Below, piece by piece: positions 1 through 8,895 of a stretch of 64,000 nt of DNA. Position 1 is the stretch's first letter. Each line of letters begins with the position of its first letter. The notes beneath the pieces are model-generated. The model was not told the DNA's origin, did no database searches, and saw nothing but the letters and a program-made list of their open reading frames with translations. Made by a program: the position numbers and the translations under genes. The stretch comes from an uncultured candidate division Zixibacteria bacterium (lineage in GTDB: Bacteria > Zixibacteria > MSB-5A5 > GN15 > FEB-12): NCBI GenBank assembly GCA_963664195.1, contig OY760907.1, forward strand, positions 1,952,001 to 2,016,000, in the 5' to 3' direction.

Positions 1-128
1 CTTTTAAGCTCATACGGAGTATAAACTCCTGATATGAACGGCAACGTCGGGCGACGTTCCTGCTCCTGCTTTTCCGGCACCACGCGTCGAAACCTGACGT
101 TGCGAGAGATCGTTTCAAAGGTAGAACG

Positions 129-656
129 ATGTCAAAACGCAATGGCTCAATCATCAATCGGCACGTTCTGATGCTAAACCAGAACTACGAACCGCTCTCG
201 GTCTGTTCGGCCAGGCGGGCTATTGTGCTGTTGTTTCAGGGCAAGGCGGAAATGATCGAGACAGCAGACGGCCTCAAAATCCACACCGTCCGCAAGGACT
301 TCAGCCTGCCTTCGGTAGTGAGGCTGGGGCAGTACAAACGGGTGCCGTTCAAACGGATCATGCTCACCCGTAAGAACGTTATCATCCGCGATAACCACAG
401 ATGCCAGTACTGCGGGCTTGCGCGCGGGGCGATGACAGTCGACCACATCATTCCTAAGAAGCTCAAGGGCAAAGACTCCTGGGAAAACATGGTCTGTGCC
501 TGTGTCCGGTGTAACAACAAGAAGGGGGATCGCACCCCAGCTCAGGCGAACATGCCCCTTCTTCGCAAGCCAAAGCGACCGTCACACATAGCATTTATCC
601 AAAGACACGTCAGCGGCGGAGAGCACCGATGGCGTCCTTACCTGTTCATGGACTGA
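129..656 (+). CDS. HNH endonuclease (McrA-like)
   Basis: RD..RCQYCG...TVDHIIPK..G.DSWEN.VCAC.RCNNKKG motif; N-terminal VLMLNQNYEPL typical of the widespread stand-alone HNH family. Confidence 0.9.
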   Translation: MSKRNGSIINRHVLMLNQNYEPLSVCSARRAIVLLFQGKAEMIETADGLKIHTVRKDFSLPSVVRLGQYKRVPFKRIMLTRKNVIIRDNHRCQYCGLARGAMTVDHIIPKKLKGKDSWENMVCACVRCNNKKGDRTPAQANMPLLRKPKRPSHIAFIQRHVSGGEHRWRPYLFMD

Positions 657-872
657 TCTGCGACTGACGTCGCACGGCAGCTTTCACCTTAAATTATTAC
701 CGTATAATGCGTTACTATGTCGCATCTTTTCATATGCAGAAACCGCTTGCCATATATAGGCTTATGGCCGTACATTTGTCGGCGAGCGGAGAGGACTGCC
801 TTTTTTGTTGATAAGGCTGTCCCGCAGTGATTAACGTGCGGGTTGAATCCGCTTCGGTAGACAGAGGCAGAC

Positions 873-1877
873 ATGAGCGAGAAAACTAAGAAAGAAACCA
901 TCCTCTCCGGCATGCAGCCGACAGGGGCACTTCACATCGGCAATCTTGAAGGCGCACTCAAGAATTGGGTGAGGCTTCAGGACGACTACTGGATGTTCTG
1001 TTGTCTGGTGGATTGGCATGCCCTCACGGGCACGTATGAGGATACGAAGGTTCTCAAGTCCAACATCTTTGAGATGTCGCTTGATTGGCTCGCCGCCGGG
1101 CTGGATCCCGAGAAGTGCGCCATATTCATTCAGTCGGACGTGAAAGAACACGCCGAACTGCATCTGCTGTTTTCGATGCTCATTACGGTTCCGACGCTGA
1201 CCCGCCTGCCTACCTACCAGGAGAAGAAGGACAAGCTGGACTCTTACGGTTTCCTCGGCTACCCGGTACTTCAGGCCGCCGATATCTGCCTCTACAACGC
1301 CGACAAGGTGCCGGTGGGGAAGGATCAGGAGAAGCACATCTGGCTGGCCGCCGATCTTGCCAAGCGATTCAACCACCTGTATAAAAAGACGTTTGTTGAA
1401 CCGCAGGCGATGTTTCCCAAGATTCCGCTGATACTCGGAAGTGACAACCGGAAGATGTCCAAATCTTACGGCAACCACATCCCGATTGAGTTCACCGAGA
1501 AGCAGACCGAAAAGCGGCTCAAGGGGTATTTCACCGATCCGGACAAGCTCCGCCAGGGAGACCCCGGCACGCCGGAGAAGTGCCCGGTCTATCTGTTGCA
1601 CCAGGTGTACAGCGAGAAGCCGGAAGAAGAGATCGCACCGGACTGTCGCACCGGGGCACTGGGTTGTGTCGACTGCAAGATGAAACTGGCCGGGCGACTC
1701 AACGCGAACCTTCAGCCGATCCGTGATCGCCGGGTCGAGTTTGCGAAACAACCGGATGTGGTGTGGGATATTCTTGCGACCGGTGCCGACCGGGCGCGAT
1801 CGCGAGCGCAGAATGTTATGAACAAGGTCCGTTCCGCGATGAAGACGAATTATCGCAAGACAAAGAAGACAAAATGA
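873..1877 (+). CDS. trpS: Tryptophan--tRNA ligase
   Basis: SGMQPTGALHIGN (HIGH), YPVLQAADI, VPVGKDQ, KMSKS motifs. Confidence 0.97.
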   Translation: MSEKTKKETILSGMQPTGALHIGNLEGALKNWVRLQDDYWMFCCLVDWHALTGTYEDTKVLKSNIFEMSLDWLAAGLDPEKCAIFIQSDVKEHAELHLLFSMLITVPTLTRLPTYQEKKDKLDSYGFLGYPVLQAADICLYNADKVPVGKDQEKHIWLAADLAKRFNHLYKKTFVEPQAMFPKIPLILGSDNRKMSKSYGNHIPIEFTEKQTEKRLKGYFTDPDKLRQGDPGTPEKCPVYLLHQVYSEKPEEEIAPDCRTGALGCVDCKMKLAGRLNANLQPIRDRRVEFAKQPDVVWDILATGADRARSRAQNVMNKVRSAMKTNYRKTKKTK

Positions 1878-2662
1878 CCGAATCGATAGTAGACGCCCAG
1901 ACTGATTGCTACCGCGTTGATCTTGAGTGCTTCAACGGGCCGCTGGATCTCCTGCTCTATCTCATCAAACAGGAAGAGGTGGATATCTGGGAGATACCCA
2001 TCGCCCGGATAACCCGGCAGTATCTCAAGTATATTGAGATGATGAAAACGCTCGATCTGGAGGTTGCAGGTGAGTTTATCCTGATGGCCGCCACGCTGAT
2101 AAGAATCAAGACCCGGTTGCTGCTTCCTCAGGACGACACTGAGTCCGATGAGCCTGATCCTCGCGAAGAGCTGATTATGGCCCTCGTCGAGTACAAGAAG
2201 TACAAAGAGGCCGGTGAGATTCTCCGGCAGCGGTCGAAGCTCGAAGAGCAGTTCTACGTACCGCCGTCACCGGTACAGAAGATTGACGGCAAGATTGACT
2301 TCGAGCCGGCCACCAGTTTATACGACCTCGTAGTTGCCTTCAAGCAGGTGATCTCCACCAAACATCCGGAGATCATCCACGAGGTCAATCCCGAGGAAGT
2401 GGCCATCGAGGATCGAATGCTGGTGGTCCTGAACTTCATGAAAGAACATGACTGGGCGACCTTCACAGAGCTTTTTGCGGATGTTCCCCGCAAGATGGTG
2501 GCCATTGTCACCTTCATTGCGTTGCTTGAACTGACCCGCTCCCGTCGCGTGCGATTGCACCAGGCGGTGCCCTTTTCGGAGATGCGAATCTCGCGGGGAG
2601 ATCAGGCAGATGCCCCACACAGAGAGATTGATCTGGTCGAAGCACCGGTTACCGAGGAATAG
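1874..2662 (+). CDS. scpA: Segregation and condensation protein A
   Basis: FNGPLDLLLYLI, AGEFILMAATLIRIK, VTFIALLEL; start moved to ATG 1874, which overlaps the trpS stop (ATGA). Confidence 0.93.
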   Translation: MTESIVDAQTDCYRVDLECFNGPLDLLLYLIKQEEVDIWEIPIARITRQYLKYIEMMKTLDLEVAGEFILMAATLIRIKTRLLLPQDDTESDEPDPREELIMALVEYKKYKEAGEILRQRSKLEEQFYVPPSPVQKIDGKIDFEPATSLYDLVVAFKQVISTKHPEIIHEVNPEEVAIEDRMLVVLNFMKEHDWATFTELFADVPRKMVAIVTFIALLELTRSRRVRLHQAVPFSEMRISRGDQADAPHREIDLVEAPVTEE

Positions 2663-2673
2663 GATAAAACGTT

Positions 2674-3624
2674 ATGATGAACCAGGAATACAGAGATTCT
2701 GCAGTCGAGGCCTTGATACTTGCCTCGCCGGACCCGCTTCCGGGGCGCAGAATCGCCCGTTTGATAGACGAGATTACTCCTTCCCAGGTGGCAAAGACGG
2801 TGGCGTCACTGAACTCCGGCTATGCCGATAACGGGTCGAGTTTCCGTATTCGAGAAATCGCCGGCGGGTATCAGATATACATTATGGCCGAATATGTCGG
2901 ATTTGTGGAAGACATGTTCAGCACGCGGCGCAAGTTACGCCTCTCCAAGGCGGCACTGGAAACGCTTGCTGTTATTGCGTACCGCCAGCCTGCGACCAAG
3001 GTTGAGGTCGAGCATATACGCGGGGTGGCCTCCGACGGTGTCGTGCGGACACTGCTGGAAAAGGGGTTGATCACGGTTACCGGGCGGGCCGATACGGTCG
3101 GTAAACCGCTACAGTACGGGACAACCGACGAATTTCTGAAGTTTTTCGGACTGGCCTCAATGGATGACCTCCCCAAAATGGGCGAGATCGAAGAGATGAT
3201 CTCCACCGCCGAGAAGGAAAACGACGACCAATTGCAACTGGCAGTGGACGCACACAACCAGGAATTGAAGCTCAATATCGCCGATGGCTCCTTCGATCCA
3301 GCGAAGCGCAACTGCGAGGATCTGGACGATTCCGAGACCGATCACACCGCTACCGCAGAGGCCGACATCACCGACGAAGCGCCCTCCGGGCCTGCCCCGG
3401 AACAGCAATCGGTTGATGTGCCTGCCAATCGCCTGACGACGGAGATTGTCGATACTCCCGAGGACAAGCCTTCTGACCCGAGCGGGGACGACTCTGATTC
3501 AGATGTTGAAGTGCGAAAGTTGGTCTTGAAGAAGACCGCCGAAGACACTATATTGTCGTCGGAAACTGACAACGCTGAAGAAGAGTTGAGAGTGGAAGTC
3601 GATAGCGATGCTGTCGGCAACTAG
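2674..3624 (+). CDS. scpB: SMC-Scp complex subunit ScpB with long acidic C-terminal extension
   Basis: LSKAALETLAVIAYRQP, IRGV, GKPLQYGTTDEFLKFFGL; follows scpA. Confidence 0.95.
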   Translation: MMNQEYRDSAVEALILASPDPLPGRRIARLIDEITPSQVAKTVASLNSGYADNGSSFRIREIAGGYQIYIMAEYVGFVEDMFSTRRKLRLSKAALETLAVIAYRQPATKVEVEHIRGVASDGVVRTLLEKGLITVTGRADTVGKPLQYGTTDEFLKFFGLASMDDLPKMGEIEEMISTAEKENDDQLQLAVDAHNQELKLNIADGSFDPAKRNCEDLDDSETDHTATAEADITDEAPSGPAPEQQSVDVPANRLTTEIVDTPEDKPSDPSGDDSDSDVEVRKLVLKKTAEDTILSSETDNAEEELRVEVDSDAVGN

Positions 3625-3673
3625 CTCCGAGTTGTTGAGCACGCACCGGGTGGGGTAAGGGCTTTCTGGCCGT

Positions 3674-4408
3674 ATGACCCAGACGCGCATTAACAAATTC
3701 CTGTCTTTGTGTGGGGTTACCTCTCGTCGTGGCGCCGAAGTCATGATCTCTGAGGAACGAGTCACGGTAAATGACAAGACTGTCTCCGAGTTGGGGACGC
3801 TTATTGACCCGGATAAGGACTGCGTGAAGGTTGATGGCGTTGTTGCCTCACCGGCCAGGCGGAAAGTCTATGTACTCCTGAACAAGCCCAAGATGACCAT
3901 GACTACTCTGCACGATCCATTCAAACGAAAAACGATCCTGCACTATCTCAAGAAAGTGGAGCATCGTATCTATCCGGTGGGGCGGCTCGATTATGATGCC
4001 GAAGGCTTGCTCATTCTGACTAACGACGGTGATTTGGCCTTTCGGCTGGCGCATCCGAGCTTCCAGGTGGCAAAGATATACGAAGTGCAGGTGGAGGGCC
4101 GGTTTGAGCGAGAGGCGGCGCAGAAAATAGAAGCCGGCATCACGCTCGATGACGGTGCTACGGGGCGCGCAGACGTTTCTGTTCTGGGGTTTGTCGGTTC
4201 TTTCACTCGTGTGCGTCTAACCCTCACCGAGGGCCGCAAGCGAGAAGTTAAGCAGTTGTGCAAGAAGGTCGGGCACCCGGTGAAGAGTCTGCGTCGAGTA
4301 GAATTCGCCGGCCTTCAGTTGAAGAACCTCAAACCGGGGCAATGGCGGTATCTGACCTCGGTCGAGATATCCCGTCTCCAGCAGTTGGTGGGGATAGAAG
4401 TAGCGTGA
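3674..4408 (+). CDS. rluB: rRNA pseudouridine synthase (RluB/RsuA family, S4 domain)
   Basis: RINKFLS..G..SRR.AE, LLNKP, YPVGRLD, EGRKREVK; conserved scpAB-rluB synteny. Confidence 0.88.
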   Translation: MTQTRINKFLSLCGVTSRRGAEVMISEERVTVNDKTVSELGTLIDPDKDCVKVDGVVASPARRKVYVLLNKPKMTMTTLHDPFKRKTILHYLKKVEHRIYPVGRLDYDAEGLLILTNDGDLAFRLAHPSFQVAKIYEVQVEGRFEREAAQKIEAGITLDDGATGRADVSVLGFVGSFTRVRLTLTEGRKREVKQLCKKVGHPVKSLRRVEFAGLQLKNLKPGQWRYLTSVEISRLQQLVGIEVA

Positions 4409-4427
4409 TTTGCTGACTAAGAGTATG

Positions 4428-4456
4428 AAAAAGGCCCGGATATCCGGGCCTTTTTT
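4428..4456. terminator. Bidirectional intrinsic terminator
   Basis: Perfect palindrome AAAAAGGCCCGGATATCCGGGCCTTTTT between convergent rluB and ferritin-like gene. Confidence 0.85.
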
Positions 4457-4531
4457 CTTGGTTTTGGCGAGTGTGCGTCGTTGCACGGCGAGACCAGCGC
4501 GGTCGCGCCGATCTACGATTTCGACAGCAGT

Positions 4532-5023
4532 CTACTCTTTGAGATTGCCCCATTCCGCATCCTCAAGCCACTGCTTCGGGCCCTCAAGGAATCTGATAAC
4601 CTGCTCCATTGTCACCCAGTGGCGGTGCTCTTCGTCAGCAATCTTGTTCAGGATGGCTTTCTGATCATCGTTGTCAAGCTCGTTGGCTTTCTCGCGATAA
4701 AACTCCTCGGCTTTCTTCTCAACCTCGCGAGCATGTTCCCAAATCTGCTTGGCGTCGGCCGCAAAGCTGTGCTCTTCACCCTTGGATTTCATCTCCTCGA
4801 AAACATTCTTGACGGTGGCGAGAATCTCTGTCTTTTCTGCTTCGTTGTACTTGGCAGCTCCACCTTCTTTCATCGCCTTGAATATCCTGTAGTGCTTCAA
4901 CTCATCGTTGGCCAGATCCTCGAGAATTCTCTTGAACGCAGGGACAGTGGCTTTTTCCGCGTGTTCAAGGTAGAAATCTCTACCGTCGTTTTCCATTTTC
5001 ATGGCATACTCGAATACGTTCAT
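4532..5023 (-). CDS. Rubrerythrin / ferritin-like diiron protein
   Basis: Two repeated halves: A..ME.DG..FY...LANDELKH and ARE.EKKA..FY...IADEEHRH (ExxH ligands). Confidence 0.88.
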   Translation of the reverse strand: MNVFEYAMKMENDGRDFYLEHAEKATVPAFKRILEDLANDELKHYRIFKAMKEGGAAKYNEAEKTEILATVKNVFEEMKSKGEEHSFAADAKQIWEHAREVEKKAEEFYREKANELDNDDQKAILNKIADEEHRHWVTMEQVIRFLEGPKQWLEDAEWGNLKE

Positions 5024-5143
5024 GACTTCTCCATCTGAAACTATATCAATGTGATTCTTCTTGTAATCTCTGAGTGAACCGACCTGCCGCCGGGCGCAAT
5101 CAAAAAAGTATCGCCCGACAGCCGTCTCCGTTATATTGTAACT

Positions 5144-6127
5144 ATGTTGTTTGTTCTGCGAAAGTCACTTTTTCCTGTCTCAATAGTCTGCTTTGCCCTT
5201 GTTCTGCTGAGTGGCTCCGTTCAACCCTCCGATTCGATTGCTGCCGTGACGCGAGGAGCGTTCACTTATCGTCTTGACAATCCTGCATACATCGATCAAG
5301 TGGACTCCATACTGGTCCGGACCAGATCGCAGTTGCAGCTCATGTTGCGTGACAGTCTGTCGTTTTCATCCAATGTCTACCTGGTAGAGTCGCTCTCTCG
5401 GTTTAACAGGATTGTGGGCGGTAAGTTCCCGGAATGGGGTGCGGCAGTAGCCATTCCGCCACGCCACCTGATAGCGATCAAGTCACCTGATCGGTTCAAT
5501 TCAAACAAGTCCCTCAGAGAGCTGGTGGCCCATGAATATACGCATCTTGCCCTCGGTCATCGCCTGCGGGGCGTAAATCCTCCCCGATGGTTAAACGAAG
5601 GGATGGCTGTGCTCGTCTCAATGGAATGGACCTGGGGTGACAATCTCACCATGAATTTTGCAAGCGTCACCGGTGATTTCGTCCCTTTGAGTGAGATAGA
5701 GCGGGTCAATCAGTTCGCCGGCAGGCGGGCACGACTGGCATACGCGGAGTCGTACCTGTCGGTCAAATATCTCTTCGACGAGTATGGTGTCGAGGCGGTG
5801 AACACGCTGCTTGATCGGCTGGCACAGCGGCAGTCGGTAGATTCGGCCCTTATGGCGTCCACCGGCTCGAATTATAGTGACTTTGAAGAGGAATTTCGCG
5901 TATACTTACACCAAAGATATAACCTGATAAGCCTGGTTTTCGACACTATGTATTTCTGGCTTGGCCTCGCGATAATCCTCGTCATCGGCGGAGTGTTGTC
6001 TATTCGCAGACGACGCAAGCAGTATGAGCAGTGGGACGAAGACGAAAAGCTCGCCTCGACGGATTTTGATTACGGTGATCCGGACCACCCGGAGCAGATC
6101 GATGACGACGAGTCCTGGCGCGAGTAG
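5144..6127 (+). CDS. Exported peptidase MA-family zinc metalloprotease with C-terminal TM anchor
   Basis: Signal-like N-terminus, AHEYTH (HExxH) + PRWLNEG, ARLAYAES, C-terminal hydrophobic helix followed by RRRRK. Confidence 0.8.
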   Translation: MLFVLRKSLFPVSIVCFALVLLSGSVQPSDSIAAVTRGAFTYRLDNPAYIDQVDSILVRTRSQLQLMLRDSLSFSSNVYLVESLSRFNRIVGGKFPEWGAAVAIPPRHLIAIKSPDRFNSNKSLRELVAHEYTHLALGHRLRGVNPPRWLNEGMAVLVSMEWTWGDNLTMNFASVTGDFVPLSEIERVNQFAGRRARLAYAESYLSVKYLFDEYGVEAVNTLLDRLAQRQSVDSALMASTGSNYSDFEEEFRVYLHQRYNLISLVFDTMYFWLGLAIILVIGGVLSIRRRRKQYEQWDEDEKLASTDFDYGDPDHPEQIDDDESWRE

Positions 6128-6318
6128 GCCGGGCGGCACGGAATCGCACTCAATGTGCTGAGAAATCAGGCAACCATCCCAACAAATCGGCGTAGAAACA
6201 GATAGCTGAAACGGTCGAACGTGAAGTCGAAGGCCCTACCCTCGCACACCGGGGTATCGATAGATTCTACGCCAAACCGGGGGAGCGCTTAACACCGAAT
6301 CCGGAGAGAGGTATTCCT

Positions 6319-7551
6319 GTGAAGAGACTGATAATCATTGGCGTCATAATCGTTGTTGTGCTCGGCGGTTGGCTGGGGGTGAACGCCGTTTTCACCAAAA
6401 CGTATGACATTCCGACCACAGACTCACGCCACGGTGAATTGCTGATCTCCCAGAACGTGAAGGGAGTTGTCGATGCTGCCCGAGCGTACACCATTTCCGC
6501 TCCCAGGATCAGAGGACTGCAGGTTACGTGGATGGCTCCCGAGGGATCCCAGGCTGCCAAAGGTTCGCCCGTTTTGAAATTCGATCCGACCCAGCAGATG
6601 ACCGACCTGCACGACCAGCAATCGAGCTTGAAGATCAATCAGGCGACTTTGGCCCGCGCCAACCAGGAATATACGATTCAGGATAAGAACCTGGCACTCG
6701 AACTCCAGAAGGCCCGCCGCAAATACGACGAGCAGAAACACGAGGCGCCCAAACTGGCCGAAGAGGCCAAGATGGAGCTTGATCTGGCGGAACTGAATTA
6801 CGAGGCCAAACTGGACCAGCTTCGTTCCGACGTCCAGAAGGCCGAACTCGAGGTGCAACGTGCCCAGGATCAGGTGGATCGCGCCCAGCGTGAACTTGAC
6901 CAGTTGACGGTCATGGCTCCGATACCGGGCATGGTGGTGTATCTTGAAATCTGGAAAGGGGGCCAGATGGGCAAGGTGCAGGAGGGCGACTCACCGTGGC
7001 CGGGCCAGGGACTTATCAACCTTCCGGACCTGAGCGAGATGATAGTGAAGGCCACCGTCTCCGAAGTTGACGCCGCCGTGGTTGATTCCGGGCAGGAGGT
7101 CATTATCAGTCTCGATGCACTTCCTGACACCACCTTCCGTGGTACCGTCACCAAGAAGGGTACGCTGGCTCATCGCAAAGATATGAATTCCAAGATTAAC
7201 GTTTTCGATGTTGAAATCGCTATTTTGGACAAGAACGCAAACCTCAAGCCCGGTATGTCTGCCTCCTGCAAGATTGTGGTTGATCGCCTTGCCGATGTGG
7301 TCAGCGTTCCGCTTGAGGCCGTGTTCGAGAGAGACGGCGAGACTATCGTGTACCTTGAGAACAAACACGAGGTGGAAGTAGAGGTCGGTCGCCGAAGTGA
7401 TATGGAGATCGAAATCCTCTCCGGGCTTGAGGGGGGCGAATCGATTTGCCTCGTCGATCCCAATCTGGAGGAGGCGGGACTGCCCGGCGACCGTGCCACT
7501 GAACCGGAGCTTAACCGCGGACGCACTCAGCCCGGCGGGACCTCGCGATGA
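6319..7551 (+). CDS. Efflux periplasmic adaptor subunit (MacA/HlyD family)
   Basis: N-terminal TM, lipoyl-like halves (APEGSQ..KG; APIPGMV), coiled coil, LKPGMSA; GTG start with GAGG RBS. Confidence 0.9.
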   Translation: MKRLIIIGVIIVVVLGGWLGVNAVFTKTYDIPTTDSRHGELLISQNVKGVVDAARAYTISAPRIRGLQVTWMAPEGSQAAKGSPVLKFDPTQQMTDLHDQQSSLKINQATLARANQEYTIQDKNLALELQKARRKYDEQKHEAPKLAEEAKMELDLAELNYEAKLDQLRSDVQKAELEVQRAQDQVDRAQRELDQLTVMAPIPGMVVYLEIWKGGQMGKVQEGDSPWPGQGLINLPDLSEMIVKATVSEVDAAVVDSGQEVIISLDALPDTTFRGTVTKKGTLAHRKDMNSKINVFDVEIAILDKNANLKPGMSASCKIVVDRLADVVSVPLEAVFERDGETIVYLENKHEVEVEVGRRSDMEIEILSGLEGGESICLVDPNLEEAGLPGDRATEPELNRGRTQPGGTSR

Positions 7552-8872
7552 CGCAGTGGGGAATAGACCAGGCTCGCACTCTGGCAATTTCGTTTGACTC
7601 TCTGGGTGCGCACAAACTCAGAACCCTGCTCACCATGCTTGGTGTTATCATGGGCGTTGCGGCGGTGGTAGCCATGCTCTCGATCGGCGAGGGAGCCAAG
7701 CAGGAAGCAATGGAGCAGATATCGATCCTCGGTATCAATAACATCATTGTCAAAGCCAAGATTCCGGAGGTAACCCCCGGCAGCAATGAGTCGCTGGCCC
7801 GCTCTCCCGGGCTTACGCTCCAGGACGGCAAGAACATTGCCGGTTTTTCTGACCTGGTAGTGAATGTCGTGCCTCAGCGGTACGAACCGGTTTCGACGAT
7901 TCTTCACGGATCGGCCGAGGCGTCGGTGCGGGTTGTCGCGACCATGCCGTCGTTTGTGTATTCGTCGTCTATCGAAGTTGAGTACGGTCGATTTATTACC
8001 AAGCGCGACAACGATGACTTCTCTGAGGTCTGTGTACTGGGGGCGAAAGCCAAGCGGCAGTTGTTTGCGTTTGAGAATCCGATCGGAGAGACCGTCCGCA
8101 TAGGCGACTACGATTTCACCGTAGTCGGCGTCATGTCGGACAAGTATATCGGTCGTGGCAAGGTGGAAGGGAAGGTCTGGAACTGAAGAACTTCAACGAG
8201 GACGTTTACATACCGTTCCGTACGGCTGAGAAAAAGTTTGATCGCGTGGCCGAGGACGAAGGGCACATGAGCGGTTTTATTGTCATCAGCGGTGAGTCTT
8301 CGGGTGGTCAGGAGTACAATACTCCGGAGATTGACCAGTTGACCGTCACGGTTGCCGACATCAACCTTGTACCGGCGGTCTCAAAACTGATCGAACGGGT
8401 TTTGGAACGTCGCCACGCAAGAATCAGAGACTACGAAATCGTGGTCCCCGAATCGCTGCTCCGGCAGTCACAGAAAACACAGCAGATCTTCAATATCGTT
8501 ATGGGGGCAATAGCCGGGCTTTCGTTGCTGGTGGGTGGTATCGGCATCATGAACATCATGCTTGCCACCGTGCTGGAACGCACCCGCGAGATAGGGGTTC
8601 GCCGCGCGGTCGGTGCCACACGGGATGATATTCTTCGCCAGTTCCTTGCCGAGGCGGTGGTGATTTGTCTTCTCGGGTGCATAATCGGTTTGGCCCTGGG
8701 GTTGGTTATATCGCGCGTCATTTCGTACTATGCTGAATGGCCGACGATCGTGTCTGTGTTCTCGATCATTCTGTCGGTTGGCGTGTCGACTGCGGTCGGC
8801 GTGATCTTCGGCATCTATCCGGCGCACAAGGCGGCCAAACTCGACGTTATTGAGTCATTGAGGTACGAATAA
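7548..8872 (+). pseudogene. MacB/FtsX-type ABC permease, frameshifted near 8165-8175 (real lesion or sequencing error)
   Basis: 5' part KLRTLLTMLGVIMGVAAVV; 3' part SLLVGGIGIMNIML..VLERTREIGVRRAVGA; removing one copy of tandem GGAAG gives a continuous 439-aa frame. Confidence 0.85.
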
Positions 8873-8895
8873 ACTCCATTGATATAGAGGTTCCC

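Noticed and set aside
129..656. HNH gene as a homing endonuclease, IscB or defence nuclease
   Set aside because: No RuvC/PLMP motifs, intron context or methylase nearby; it matches the common stand-alone HNH type.
831..1751. 306-aa minus-strand ORF
   Set aside because: Antisense shadow of trpS; no recognisable motifs.
4481..5038. 185-aa plus-strand ORF
   Set aside because: Opposite the clear ferritin-like gene; no motifs.
8184..8186. TGA as selenocysteine or readthrough in the ABC permease
   Set aside because: The continuation is in a different frame, so a frameshift explains the break.
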